Source: an uncultured Gemmatimonadaceae bacterium (GTDB lineage Bacteria; Gemmatimonadota; Gemmatimonadetes; Gemmatimonadales; Gemmatimonadaceae). From it: a stretch of DNA of 64,000 nt. The notes beneath the pieces were generated by a model. The model ran no database searches and was not told the DNA's origin. It saw only the letters and a program-made list of their open reading frames with translations. Position 1 is the stretch's first letter. Each line of letters begins with the position of its first letter. The DNA lies in contig CAWHHI010000005.1 in assembly GCA_963829055.1 (NCBI GenBank), positions 256,001-320,000 on the forward strand, in the 5' to 3' direction. This document shows, one piece after another, positions 30,204 to 40,547 of the stretch. The position numbers and the translations under genes were made by a program.

Positions 30204-33200
30204 ATGCGGGTTGGAAGGTTCGATTCACGTGATCTTCGTGCTGGCCGCGCGCTGGTCGTGCTGCTCTCGACCGCCGCGATCGGTGGCATTGTCGCGTCCG
30301 CGTTCCTCGTACGGCCGACGCCGCGAGGCGGAAACGTCTGGCTGGGTCGCCTCGCCGACGCCGTCGGGGCTCATCGCGTGACGCGAGCCCGCCTCACGAG
30401 CCGATTCACGTACGCGGCCTGCGAGGCGGCGGTGCCTAACGACATGCTGATCGCCGGCCTCGTCTGCGCCGACGCCCGACCTGCCGCCTGGGTCACAGTC
30501 GGGCAAGCTGTCGACGCTCGCAACCGAGATGCGCTCGGCTGGAACAGCCGATTCGACGGACGCCGCCCGCCGGCATGCGTCCGGATCATGGCACATCGTG
30601 TGGGGCGACGCCGACGCGGCAATCCGCGAGTTGGGGGCTGTTGCTCGGATGGATTCGACCAACGCGAACGTACGGAGTGATCTGGCCGCCGCGTTTCTTC
30701 AACGGGCGCAACTCGAGCAGGACCCGCTGTCGATTCTGGACGCCTACGCCGCGATCGACGGCGCGCTCGCGCTCGATCCGCGGCTGCTCGAGGCGCGCTT
30801 CAACCGCGCGCTCGCGCTCGAGTGGCTGTATCTGCGCACTGACGCGACCCAAGCCTGGTTGGACTATCTGAAGCTGGACGCACGCTCGGCGTGGGCGGAC
30901 GAGGCGCGGGCACGATTGCAGGCGCTTCGAACACCGCTCCCGAGTTGGAGCGATGCGCAGGAGCGCCTGCGCCGCGCCGTGCGAACCGGGAATGACACGG
31001 TCGTCGACGAGCTCGTACGGCGGTTTCCTCGGCGTGCGCGCGACGATGTGTGGCGGACCATCACTGCCTGGGCTCACGTCCATCAGGATGGCGCGTCACA
31101 GCCCGACACGCTGCTGCATCGCGCCATGAGCGTCGCGCGATCGGTGGAATCGGTCACGGGGGACGCGCTGCCGGTCGACGTGGTGCGGCCAATCGAACTG
31201 GCGGCGGCGGTGGGCGACCGATCGCGTCTCGACGCGCTGGCGCGCGGTTTGATCGCCTACGAAAACGGACACGGGTTCGCCAACGCTTTCGCCCCCGACT
31301 CCGCCGCGGTCTGGTTAGGCATCGCGCGGAAAGCGTTCGCCGCGAGCGGCAGCCCGGGCGTGTACCTCGTCGCGTACGATTCCGCCATGATCCCCTACTC
31401 CCGCGCCGGGACACGTGGATACGACGAGGCACTCTCGCTGTTTCAAGCGATTCGCGAGACCACGCCCGTGAAGTATCACGTGATCCGTGGGCGTGCGGCT
31501 CGTACGGTGGGACTCATTCACGCCATACGGGCGGACTACGATTCGTCCATCACCGCTTATCAGGCGGCGGTCGTTGAAGGGCGGGGAACCGGAGAACCCG
31601 GCCTCGATCTCCGACCGCGAGGAATTCTCGCGTCCCTCTATGCGGAGATCCGCGGCGAAGACCAGGCCTGGGCAGAGTTGTATGCCGCGTTGCGATCGTT
31701 GCGGGACTACCCCGAGGAGTTGGGCGAAGCACAACGTCTGTTCGTCACCGCCGCTGACCTCAGCCGACGACGATCCCCTGCGGCGGCACTGCTGTTTCAG
31801 GCCGAAGCGGTCCGGCTTGCGCGCCTCGTCGATCGCTCCGGAACGATGGCAGTCACGGCGCTCGCGAAGCAGGCGGAGTTGTTCAGTGACAACGGGATGG
31901 CTGAGAAAGCCTTCGAGAGCGTGCATAACGCGCGTGCTGTCGCGGACAGCATCGTGAGCGACTCGACGCGAGCCCTCATGATCGCCGATGTGGACCTCGT
32001 TGAAGGCAAAGTGTGGCTTCGCGTCCGTCCGGAGTCGGCCGTCGTCGTTCTGAAGAGAGCCGTCGAGCGTTACCGCAACACGCGATACCTGCTCGAAATG
32101 GATCGCGCCGATCTGCTGCTCGCCAACGCGTACGTGTCCTCTGGACAGATGAAGGAGGCGCGAAGCGCGTTCAGTGCATCGCTCGAGGAGACGGAACGGC
32201 GCCGGGCGAAGATCGATGACAAGGAGAACCGGGCGCAGTTCCTCGACAAGGCGCGCCCTGTCATCGACAGAGTGGTCGCGTTCGATCTGGAGCAAGCGGA
32301 TACGGTCGGCGCGCTCGAGTTTCTCGAGCACATGCGCGCCCGTGTCCTGCTCGATCGCGTGGGGCGGCGACTGGCTGCCAGTGCGCAGGCGGCCGTCGCG
32401 ACAGCCGATCGCCGACCTGCAGCGTACCATTCCCGCGGGCACGAGCGTGATCAGCTACGCGGTGCTGGACAGCGAGGTCGTGTCGTGGGTGCTGCACGAC
32501 GACCGTGTGACCATGCACCGGACGCACCTAACGACGTCGCTGGAGGGGCTGATCACTCGCTTCACGGCGTTGATCGAAGCGCGATCGTCGGCGACGGAGG
32601 TGCGCGCACTCTCGGCGCAGCTGTACAGCGTGCTCATCGCGCCGCTGCGAGACGACATCGCCGGGGACACGCGGCTCATCGTCATACCGGACAAGTGGCT
32701 GCATTTTCTTCCGTTTTCGGCGCTGTTCGACGCCCGTGCCGGGCGCTTCCTCGTCGAGTCGTTCGAGATCAGCGTCGCGCCGAGCATCGCGCTGTACCAA
32801 CAGTCGGCGGCGCGGTATGCACAACTCGGCACAGCCACTCCGAGCGTGCTGGCCGTGGGAAATCCGTCGTTCGACGCAGCGACGTTCCGGCTTCCTCGGC
32901 TCCCTGGGGCGGAGCTCGAGGCTGCGCGTGTCGCGCAGGGGTACGACCACGCGCAGCTCATGGTGGGTGCGGCGGCGACGAAGCGCGCTTTTCTTCGCGA
33001 GGCGGCCACGTCGGCGGTGGTTCACTTCGCGGGGCATGGCGTCGTCAACTCGAATGCCCCCCTCCTCTCCTACCTGCTGCTTGCGCCCGAACCTAACGTC
33101 GGCTCCTCCGGAGCGCTCTACGTGCGCGACCTGTTCGACATTGCTCTGCCGCGAACGCGGCTCGCGATTCTCTCGGGATGTCACACCGCCGCCGGACAGC

Positions 33201-33478
33201 TATCGGAGACTGAAGGAGCATCGTCCCTCGCGCGCGCACTGTTCGCCGCTGGTGTGCCGGTGGTGATCGCGAGTCTCTGGGCGGTCGATGACAGGGACGC
33301 CGCGGAGTTCTTCGTGAGCTTCCATCGTGAGCTCGCGAGAGGCACGGACCCGGCGGCCGCCCTGCGAGCCACGCAACTCCAGTGGCTCACGAAGGAGGAG
33401 GGCGGACGACAGACACTGGCGACGTGGGCGGCGTTTCAGCTGTTCGGTGCTACCTCGGGATCAGGCCGTGGCAGGTGA
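30204..33478 (+). CDS. TPR + CHAT (caspase HetF-associated) protease with N-terminal TM/signal, frameshifts near 30520 and 32400
   Basis: N-terminal hydrophobic helix; TPR-like EARFNRALALEWL; CHAT motifs IIPDKWLHFLPF, LPGAELEA, catalytic HFAGHG and LSGCHT, SLWAVDD, WAAF. Confidence 0.88.
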
Positions 33479-33483
33479 GTGAG

Positions 33484-33508
33484 GGAATCGAAGCCGTTCG
33501 TCCGTCTA
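33484..33508 (+). promoter_or_regulatory. Putative ECF promoter, copy 2
   Basis: GGAAT-N10-CGTCCGTCTA upstream of the unknown gene at 33608. Confidence 0.65.
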
Positions 33509-33607
33509 CAGCTATGAGTACGAGGTGTTGGAGTCGTGACTGATCTCGGCACGGCGAGGTGCCAAGCAGCCACTCGCAGTCACGTACGATGACCGAGGAG
33601 GTACGCC

Positions 33608-34636
33608 GTGCCGGTTCGAATCATTTTTCGTGGGCTGGTTCTCTTTAGCATCGAGAACGAGCGCGGCAAGAACGGTCGCATCGTAGCGCAGCTCGTCGAC
33701 TGCAAGCACATGATGGGCGGAGGCAAGAAGCCTAAGAGTCCGCATAAGGATCTCCATACGCACACCCCGGATGATTCAGATCGGACCGGACGGGGATGGT
33801 CGGTGACGGCTCAGCCGACGACGAAGCGATGGCTGGTATGAAGAGCGCCGCTCGGGGCCATCAGCCCGCGAACGTCCTTCCGCCGACCGCGATTACACGG
33901 TGACATCCAGATCGGGGATCCGAGTTCTGGCGCGCCGGTGAAGGTCGCCGACAGCTATCGCGAGCACTGTCCGAACCTTTCTCACATTCTGAACAACAGG
34001 CCCCGCCACATCCTCCCGAAGGCAATGAAGAAGCCAAGCTTGAAGCGCAACAAGTTCGTCTCGCGGACCGTGACGATCTACGGCGGAACGATTCGCGTGA
34101 ACGAGGTCGTGGCGTGGGATGGCGGCGGCGTACCCTCTGGCTAGCTCGCCTAACAACGGAAGCCGATTCACGTCGCCCGCCGAAGTCAGCTTTCTGACTT
34201 CCACGGTCCGCGGCCATATGGCGAGCGAGTGCGTGGTCGAGGTTGATTCGGTGGACATCTCGAACGGGCAGAAGGGGCTACCGAAGCGCGTCGATGAAGG
34301 CGAGATCCTCATCACGAACCTCCCCCCGTGAGCGGCCCAAGCCAGTGCCCTGGAGTCTTCACTTCTTCTGCCTGTTTCAGGCTGCCGGATACCGCACCCG
34401 CAAACATCGACGGGAACGAACTCGATTGGTTCAAGGAATTCGCGCGCGGCGTACGATCCGGGTCGCGTTCGCGGAAGACGAAGCGTTCCTGGGCGAGGAC
34501 GGCGCACACCGGGTTCCCGTTCCCCTACCTCGACCCCGAAACCGCCCTCACGCCGCTCAACCCGATAACGCCACCGCTCACTGACCCCTGGAACCGCCCG
34601 CTCTGCCCACAGGGCGACAATAGCCCACATCACTAG
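33608..34636 (+). CDS. Hypothetical protein (about 330-340 aa) broken by several frameshifts
   Basis: Strong GAGGAGG RBS; consecutive fragments VRIIFRGLVLF..., VKVADSYREHCPNL..., VRGHMASECVVEV..., PVPWSLHFFCLFQAAGY..., GFPFPYLD...RPLCPQG appear to form one gene. Confidence 0.6.
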
Positions 34637-34668
34637 CCGATCCCGCTGAGGCGTTAGGCATCGCGTTC

Positions 34669-35646
34669 GTGTCCACCAGCGTCTTCCGCGAGCTTCCGGG
34701 CCTGAGCGAGGCGTGGACGGTCACGCGAGGTGCCAACGCCGTCGTGGCCGTCGTCGACGAAGCGGTCGACGTCCACCACCATCCGGAGTTCGTCGGCCGA
34801 GTCCTGCCCGGTAACGATGAAGCGCGTCAGGCAGCGGGCGATGGTTCGTACGTCCATCGCCCGCACGGCGCCAAGGTCGCCGGTATCGCGTTGGCCAACG
34901 GTCCGCACGTCACCGGCGTCGCACCGGAAGCGCAGCTCCTCCCCGTCGCCGTGAACGCACTGAGCCGCATCATCGGTCACCCCTCCGAAGCCGATGCGAT
35001 CCGATGGGCGGCGGCCCACGGTGCAGATGTCATCTGCTGCGCGTGGGCACCTCCGGACCTGACGGGAAAACGGGGACGTCTCCCGTCACGGACGCGTGCG
35101 GCGCTGGACTACAGCATCGAGTTCGGACGCGGCGGCAAAGGCTGCGTCATCATCTTCTCCGCTGGAAATGTCGGCCGCGACATCAGGCTGAACGGCTACG
35201 CCAGTCACCCCGGCGTGATCACCGTGGGCGCCTGCAACTGCCACGGTACCCATCCGTCCTATAGCGGCTACGGCGAGGCGCTCTGGTGCGTCTTTCCGAG
35301 CAACGATCCCGGTGATCACGTCGGCGCGTGGATGACCTATCTCACGACGGCGCCCGTAGGATCGCTGTTGAATGGCGACGCCTACTACACCACGCGGTTC
35401 GGCTTCACCTCCGCCGCCTGCGCCGGCATCGCGGGAATCTGCGCGCTCATCGTCAGCGCGAATCCCAACCTCACCGCGCACGAAGTGAAGCAGGTACTCC
35501 GGAGCTCCTGCGAGAAGATCGACGCCTCGAGCGGTACGTACGACGCGCGCGGACACAGCCCGCTCTACGGGTATGGACGTCCGGATGTAGTGCGCGCCGT
35601 GCGCCTCGCACGAGAACATGAGAAAGCGCAAACCGCGTCCGTCTAG
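34669..35646 (+). CDS. S8 family subtilisin-like serine protease, no signal peptide or prodomain visible
   Basis: Catalytic D (VAVVDEAVD), H (HGAKVAG), oxyanion N (SAGN), S (GFTSAAC), YGYGR tail. Confidence 0.88.
   Translation: MSTSVFRELPGLSEAWTVTRGANAVVAVVDEAVDVHHHPEFVGRVLPGNDEARQAAGDGSYVHRPHGAKVAGIALANGPHVTGVAPEAQLLPVAVNALSRIIGHPSEADAIRWAAAHGADVICCAWAPPDLTGKRGRLPSRTRAALDYSIEFGRGGKGCVIIFSAGNVGRDIRLNGYASHPGVITVGACNCHGTHPSYSGYGEALWCVFPSNDPGDHVGAWMTYLTTAPVGSLLNGDAYYTTRFGFTSAACAGIAGICALIVSANPNLTAHEVKQVLRSSCEKIDASSGTYDARGHSPLYGYGRPDVVRAVRLAREHEKAQTASV
35621..35645 (+). promoter_or_regulatory. Putative ECF promoter, copy 3
   Basis: AGAAA-N10-CGTCCGTCTA inside the last codons of the S8 gene, upstream of the kinase. 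Confidence 0.5.
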
Positions 35647-35785
35647 ATCCTATAGATCGGAGTGGTGTTCCGGCGCGATCGCCGTGACGTCCGATCACTG
35701 ACCTCCAGCACGGCACGTCGGCATCCGATGTCCGAATCTCGGACGGTGAGCCGCGCTCGTGGAGCGTCACGGGATGAGGCGACGC

Positions 35786-37129
35786 ATGAGTGATCATTTT
35801 GCCAGTATTGCTGACGCCCTGAGCCTCCGGTACAGGCTCGAACGAACGCTGCAGAGCGGCATGGCCGCTCACGTGTATCTCGCTGAAGAGCGTGCGCTGA
35901 GGCGGCGCGTCGCGGTGAAAGTCTTGCGCGACGAGATGGCCGCGACCGTCAACGCCGAGCGATTCCTCGCCGAGATCCGTGTGTGTGCGCGTCTCCGGCA
36001 TCCGAACATCGTCCCCGTGTATGAATCGGGCGAGGTCGACGGGTTACCGTATTTCGTCATGCCGTTCATTGACGGGGAAACACTGCGCACGCGGCTCGCG
36101 CGCCTCGGCCGCCTCCCGCTGAGCGAAGCGATTTCCATCGCCCAGGACATTGCTCGCGCGCTCGACTTCGCGCACCGTCACCAGATCGTGCACCGCGACA
36201 TCAAGCCCGAGAACGTGATGCTGTACGGTGGGCGGGCCCTCGTCCTCGACTTCGGCATCGCGCTGGCCATGGACACCGTGGAAGCATCCCGTTACACCAT
36301 GCCGGGGCTCACGTTAGGCACGTTGCCCTACATGAGCCCGGAACAGGTCGGCGGCGAATCACCGGTGGACGGGCGCAGCGACATCTACAGCCTTGCGTGC
36401 GTCATCTACGAGATGCTGAGCGGGCGTCCGCCGTTCACCGGATCGCTATCGGCGGTGATCCGGCAACACCTGGGCGCCCAGCCGCGCCCGCTCGCCGAGG
36501 TCTGTCCGGGGCCGTACCCCAAGATCGGGCGTGTACTCTTGCGTGCACTCGGCAAGACGCCTGACGCTCGCTACGACAGCGCCGGTTCGTTCATCTCGGC
36601 GCTCGTCGGCGCCGCGCCACGCGTGCGAGTCATCGGGCAACGTGTGGCGGTGATCTCGTTCACGAACCTCGGTCCGTCGCCGGCGATCGACACGTTCAGC
36701 GACAGCGTCGGTGAGGAGGTCGTCGCGGCACTCCGACCCATAGACGGAATTGCCGTGGTTGCAGGAAGCTCGATCGGCGACACTTCAGTCGACGTGCACC
36801 CCGCGGAGATCGCACGACGTCTCGGTGCCGACGTGTTGCTGTTCGGCAGCGTACGCAACGACGAGGCTGTCGGTCACGTCCACCTGTGCGCGGTTCTCCT
36901 CGACGGCCGAAGCGGTCGGACACTATGGGCCGGCGCGTTCGCCGGGCCGTGTCACGGTGGACCGTACCGGGAGTGGCAGTCGGTCATGCAGTTGGCCGAT
37001 GCGGTAGCCACCACGCTCGGAGTCAAGCGCAACGGGTCACCATGCGAGCGCAGATTCTGCGACGCAACGCGGCGCGGTGACCAGAATGAATCGAACCCAG
37101 GGTCCACGGGGCGGACGGCAGCGCGTTGA
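35786..37129 (+). CDS. Ser/Thr protein kinase with TolB-N-like C-terminal domain
   Basis: VAVKVL, HPNIV, HRDIKPEN, DFG, YMSPEQ, SDIYSL; then VAVISFTNL...EIARRLGADVLLFGSVR; no TPR tail. Confidence 0.92.
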   Translation: MSDHFASIADALSLRYRLERTLQSGMAAHVYLAEERALRRRVAVKVLRDEMAATVNAERFLAEIRVCARLRHPNIVPVYESGEVDGLPYFVMPFIDGETLRTRLARLGRLPLSEAISIAQDIARALDFAHRHQIVHRDIKPENVMLYGGRALVLDFGIALAMDTVEASRYTMPGLTLGTLPYMSPEQVGGESPVDGRSDIYSLACVIYEMLSGRPPFTGSLSAVIRQHLGAQPRPLAEVCPGPYPKIGRVLLRALGKTPDARYDSAGSFISALVGAAPRVRVIGQRVAVISFTNLGPSPAIDTFSDSVGEEVVAALRPIDGIAVVAGSSIGDTSVDVHPAEIARRLGADVLLFGSVRNDEAVGHVHLCAVLLDGRSGRTLWAGAFAGPCHGGPYREWQSVMQLADAVATTLGVKRNGSPCERRFCDATRRGDQNESNPGSTGRTAAR

Positions 37130-37188
37130 GAGAATCGGTAGCCGGCACATGTCTCGCTCTTGAATCGAACGGAACTGTCCGAGCGGAG

Positions 37189-38181
37189 ATGAGCATGCTG
37201 GCACCGACGAACCCATCCGTTGTCCGTGTAACCGCGCTCGCGTTGGCGATCACGTCATTTGGACCCGGCTGCTCGCGCGGCCGCGAACGCGACCGGTCCG
37301 CGGCCAGCAGCGTCAACGCTGGCGAGTCCAGCGTGCGAATGGTCGGCCGTCTCGAGGGGCTCCACAGCCCCGAGTCCGTGAAGTACGACCCCGAACAGGA
37401 CGTCTACTTCATCTCCAACATGTACGGCTACGGCTCGGCCAAGGACGGCAATGGCTACATCGTTCGCGCCAAAGCCGCCGACATGTCGAGCCCGGTCGTC
37501 TTCGTGCAGGGCGGTCGGAACGGCGTGACCCTCGACGCACCGAAAGGGATCACGCTGCACGGCGACACGCTCTGGGTGACGGACATCGACGTCCTCCGCG
37601 CCTTCGACCGTCACACCGGCGCGCCGCTCGGCACCATCGACTTCCGCCCGAACGGCGCCGTGCTGCTCAACGACGTGACCGTGGGCGCCGACGGGTCGCT
37701 CTACGTGACCGACACCGGCATCCTCATGACCGACAAGGGTGTGCTTCATCCCGGCGGCGACAAGATCTTCGTCGTCGGGCCGAACCGGGCGATCTCCGTC
37801 ATGGCGTCGGGGAATGCGTTAGGCAGGCCCAATGGTATTGCGTGGGATTCGGCTGGTCGGCGCGTGATCGTCGTCTCGTTCGACCCGTTCGATAGCCGAG
37901 TGTATGCGTTCCGCGCCGGTGACACGACGCGGACGATGCTCGCGAAAGGGTTGGGCAAATTCGACGGCATTGAACTGCTGCCCGGTGGTCGCATGCTCGT
38001 GACGTCGTGGGCGGATTCGAGCGTGCACCTGTTCAGCGGGCAGAGCGACGTGAAGCTCGTGCGCGATCTCTGGCAGCCCGCGGATCTCGGACTCGACACT
38101 CGGCGCAATCGCGTCGCCGTGCCGGTCGGCGTGCGAGAGCGGGTCGAGCTGTGGTCGCTCCCTTCCGTGGAGGCGAAATAG
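37189..38181 (+). CDS. SMP-30/gluconolactonase-like beta-propeller, probably exported
   Basis: PESVKYD, APKGI, LNDVTV, PNGI, DGI and PADLG repeats. Confidence 0.8.
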   Translation: MSMLAPTNPSVVRVTALALAITSFGPGCSRGRERDRSAASSVNAGESSVRMVGRLEGLHSPESVKYDPEQDVYFISNMYGYGSAKDGNGYIVRAKAADMSSPVVFVQGGRNGVTLDAPKGITLHGDTLWVTDIDVLRAFDRHTGAPLGTIDFRPNGAVLLNDVTVGADGSLYVTDTGILMTDKGVLHPGGDKIFVVGPNRAISVMASGNALGRPNGIAWDSAGRRVIVVSFDPFDSRVYAFRAGDTTRTMLAKGLGKFDGIELLPGGRMLVTSWADSSVHLFSGQSDVKLVRDLWQPADLGLDTRRNRVAVPVGVRERVELWSLPSVEAK

Positions 38182-38440
38182 TCCGGGAGTAGGAAATCTC
38201 CGGACAGGAGCGTATCTCGGGCTCGACAGCGCGCTACCACCCGCGCGGATATCGTGCGTTCAGGATCGCAAGGTCATGAGTGACCGCTGGGTGGAGCATG
38301 ACGGCTGGCTTCACGACCCGCGCCTCGAGCGCATGCACGCTCATGACGATGCCATATACCTCGGACAGCGCTGCGCCGGCCGCAGTCTCACAGAGTCCCG
38401 CAACGTTAGGCGGGCCGGTGGGCCGAAGGCCGCCAGGCGT

Positions 38441-39149
38441 ATGCGTCGCCGCCCGGTAGTGCTCCTCCTTGCTCGTCGCACTCGTACTCGCGCCGGCAGT
38501 CGGTTGGGGCACCTACGCCGCCGTGACCTGGCTGACGTTCGCCGACACACGATCGGGCACCGCCTCTGATCCGTTGATGGCGCGGTACCTGCCGCGCTAT
38601 GACATCGCCGAGGTGCATCAGACGCGGGTATCCGCGCGCCCGTCTACCGCCTACGCGGCCGCTCGCCGGATGGACCTGCAGCGATCGCGCGTAGTGCACG
38701 CGATCTTCCGCGGCCGCGAGCTCATGCTGCGCGCGACGCCTCCAGCGCGGGAGCGGAACCTGGCGCTGGTCGACGAAATGCTGTCGATCGGATGGGGCGT
38801 GCTGGAGGAGATACCGGGGCGGCAGATCGTACTCGGGGCCGTCACCCAGCCGTGGCAGGCGAACGTTGTGTTTCGCGCGTTGCCGCCCGCCTCGTACGCC
38901 GCCTTCGACTCTGCCGGCTACGTCAAACTCGTCGTGACCCTCGCCGTCGACTCGTTAGGCCCGCGCGAGTCCGTCTTCCGGACGGAGACACGGGCGCTCG
39001 CGACCGATCCGGCGGCGCGTGCGAAGTTCCGCCGCTACTGGTCGATATTCTCGCCGGGCATCCTGCTGATCCGGTCGGAAGGACTGAAGCTGGTCCGTCG
39101 CGACGCCGAACGGGTGGAGCGAGAGATCAGCCAGCGGTCACCCCGCTAA
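38441..39149 (+). CDS. Hypothetical membrane-anchored protein (DUF2867-like); possible indel near the start
   Basis: ORF 38469..39149: YLPRYDIAEVH...IVLGAVTQPW...TETRALATDPAARAKFRRYWSIFSPG; upstream ATG at 38441 is in another frame. Confidence 0.65.
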
Positions 39150-39730
39150 GGCGCTCGCCGGCGAGACTTTCATCGCGCGCCACGACGGGATGCACACGGC
39201 GATCACCGACACGACGAGCAGCAGCGCCGTCACCGCGAGCAGCGTCGTCAGGTCTCCCGGCGCCACGCCGTACAGCTGATCGCGAAGCAGGCGCGCGGTC
39301 GGCAGCGACGTGCGCACCAGCTCGTCCATCGACGCGACGCTCGCGATGGGCAGACTCGGGTCGACCGCGTCCACGGCCTGACGCACCGCCCGAGCCATCG
39401 TCAACGGCTCCGACGTCGTTCGCGCGACGACGATCATTCGACGCCTGAATGCCGTCCCAGAGCGCCGCGGGCATCTGCTCGAATCGGGATATAGTACTCG
39501 GGCGCCGGCGATTGCTCGAGGCTGATGGGGGTCGGCGATCACGCCGACGACTTCCATGAAATGCTGATGGCTCGGGTCCATACCCTCGATGCGCTTGCCG
39601 ATGGCGCTTTCGCCGGGCCAGAACCGTTTCGCGAGCGTCTCGTTAGATGATCGCGACGTTAGGCGCGCTCGCGTCGTCGCCAGTCGTGAAGTCGCGCCCC
39701 GCGAGCATGCGGATCCGGGCGGCGCGTCTC
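39138..39730 (-). pseudogene. Remnant of an ADOP/MacB-like ABC permease
   Basis: GRDFT...AII...RFWPGESAIGKRI...EVVGVIAD, AVDPSLPIASVASMDE then jumps directly to LYGVAPGDLTT...IPSWRAMKVSP; the N-terminal part and the intervening TM segment are missing. Confidence 0.75.
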
Positions 39731-39761
39731 AGGTGCATGCCGCACGAATCGATGAGGCGAT

Positions 39762-40547
39762 TCAGCGCGATTCGAGGAACCGCACGAGCGCCGCGTTGAA
39801 CACTTCCGGCTGCTCGACGTTCGAGAGGTGCGCGGCATCGGGTATCATGACGAGCTCACTGCCGTCGATCGCTGCGTGGAGCTCGCGCGCGAGCGCGGGC
39901 GGCGTGGACTGGTCGAGCTCACTGCCAACGATCATTGCCGGCACGCGAACCGTCGTCGCCGCCTCTCGAAGATCGGCACCGCGAAGCGCCTCGCAAGCGG
40001 CGATGTAGCCGTCGGCGTTCGTCGCCTCGATCATCCCCGCGATGAGCGCGGTGGTCGCCGGATCACGCGATCGGAACTCCGCCGTCAGGAACCGCGCGAC
40101 AACCTGATCACGAACCGCGGCGGTACCGCCCGCGCGAACCGCCGCGATCCGTGCGTCCCAGCTCTCGTTCGTCCCCACCTTCGCGCCGGTGTTCGCGAGC
40201 ACCACGCCGGTGACCCGCTCCGGTTGATTCGCCGACAGCCATAACGCGATCACGCCGCCGAGCGAGCAGCCGCACACGACGGCCCGATCGATCTCGAGGT
40301 GATCCAGCAGCGCGATGAGGTCCCGCGCGAGACGTTCGATGGTGACGGGTCCGCGGGGCGGAGCCGAGACCCCGTGTCCGCACGCTTCGTATCGAACGAC
40401 GCGGAAGCGATTCTCGACCGCCGGCATTTGCCGATTCCACAGCCGGTGGTCCGTGCCGAGCGAGTTGCTGAACACGACCGCGGGAGCATCGGTTGGCCCG
40501 TCTACCCGGTACGCGATACCGGTGTCTCCGATCGCGCCGCGGATCAT
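39762..40547 (-). CDS. pcaD: 3-oxoadipate enol-lactonase
   Basis: VVFSNSLGTD, GCSLGG nucleophile elbow, AAHLSNVEQP; ATGA overlap with pcaB. Confidence 0.9.
   Translation of the reverse strand: MIRGAIGDTGIAYRVDGPTDAPAVVFSNSLGTDHRLWNRQMPAVENRFRVVRYEACGHGVSAPPRGPVTIERLARDLIALLDHLEIDRAVVCGCSLGGVIALWLSANQPERVTGVVLANTGAKVGTNESWDARIAAVRAGGTAAVRDQVVARFLTAEFRSRDPATTALIAGMIEATNADGYIAACEALRGADLREAATTVRVPAMIVGSELDQSTPPALARELHAAIDGSELVMIPDAAHLSNVEQPEVFNAALVRFLESR

Noticed and set aside
30184..30212. Hairpin AACCCACGCATGGA-GGG-TCCATGCGGGTT as an ncRNA
   Set aside because: Short single stem overlapping the CHAT RBS/start; it could modulate translation, but there is no support for an RNA gene.
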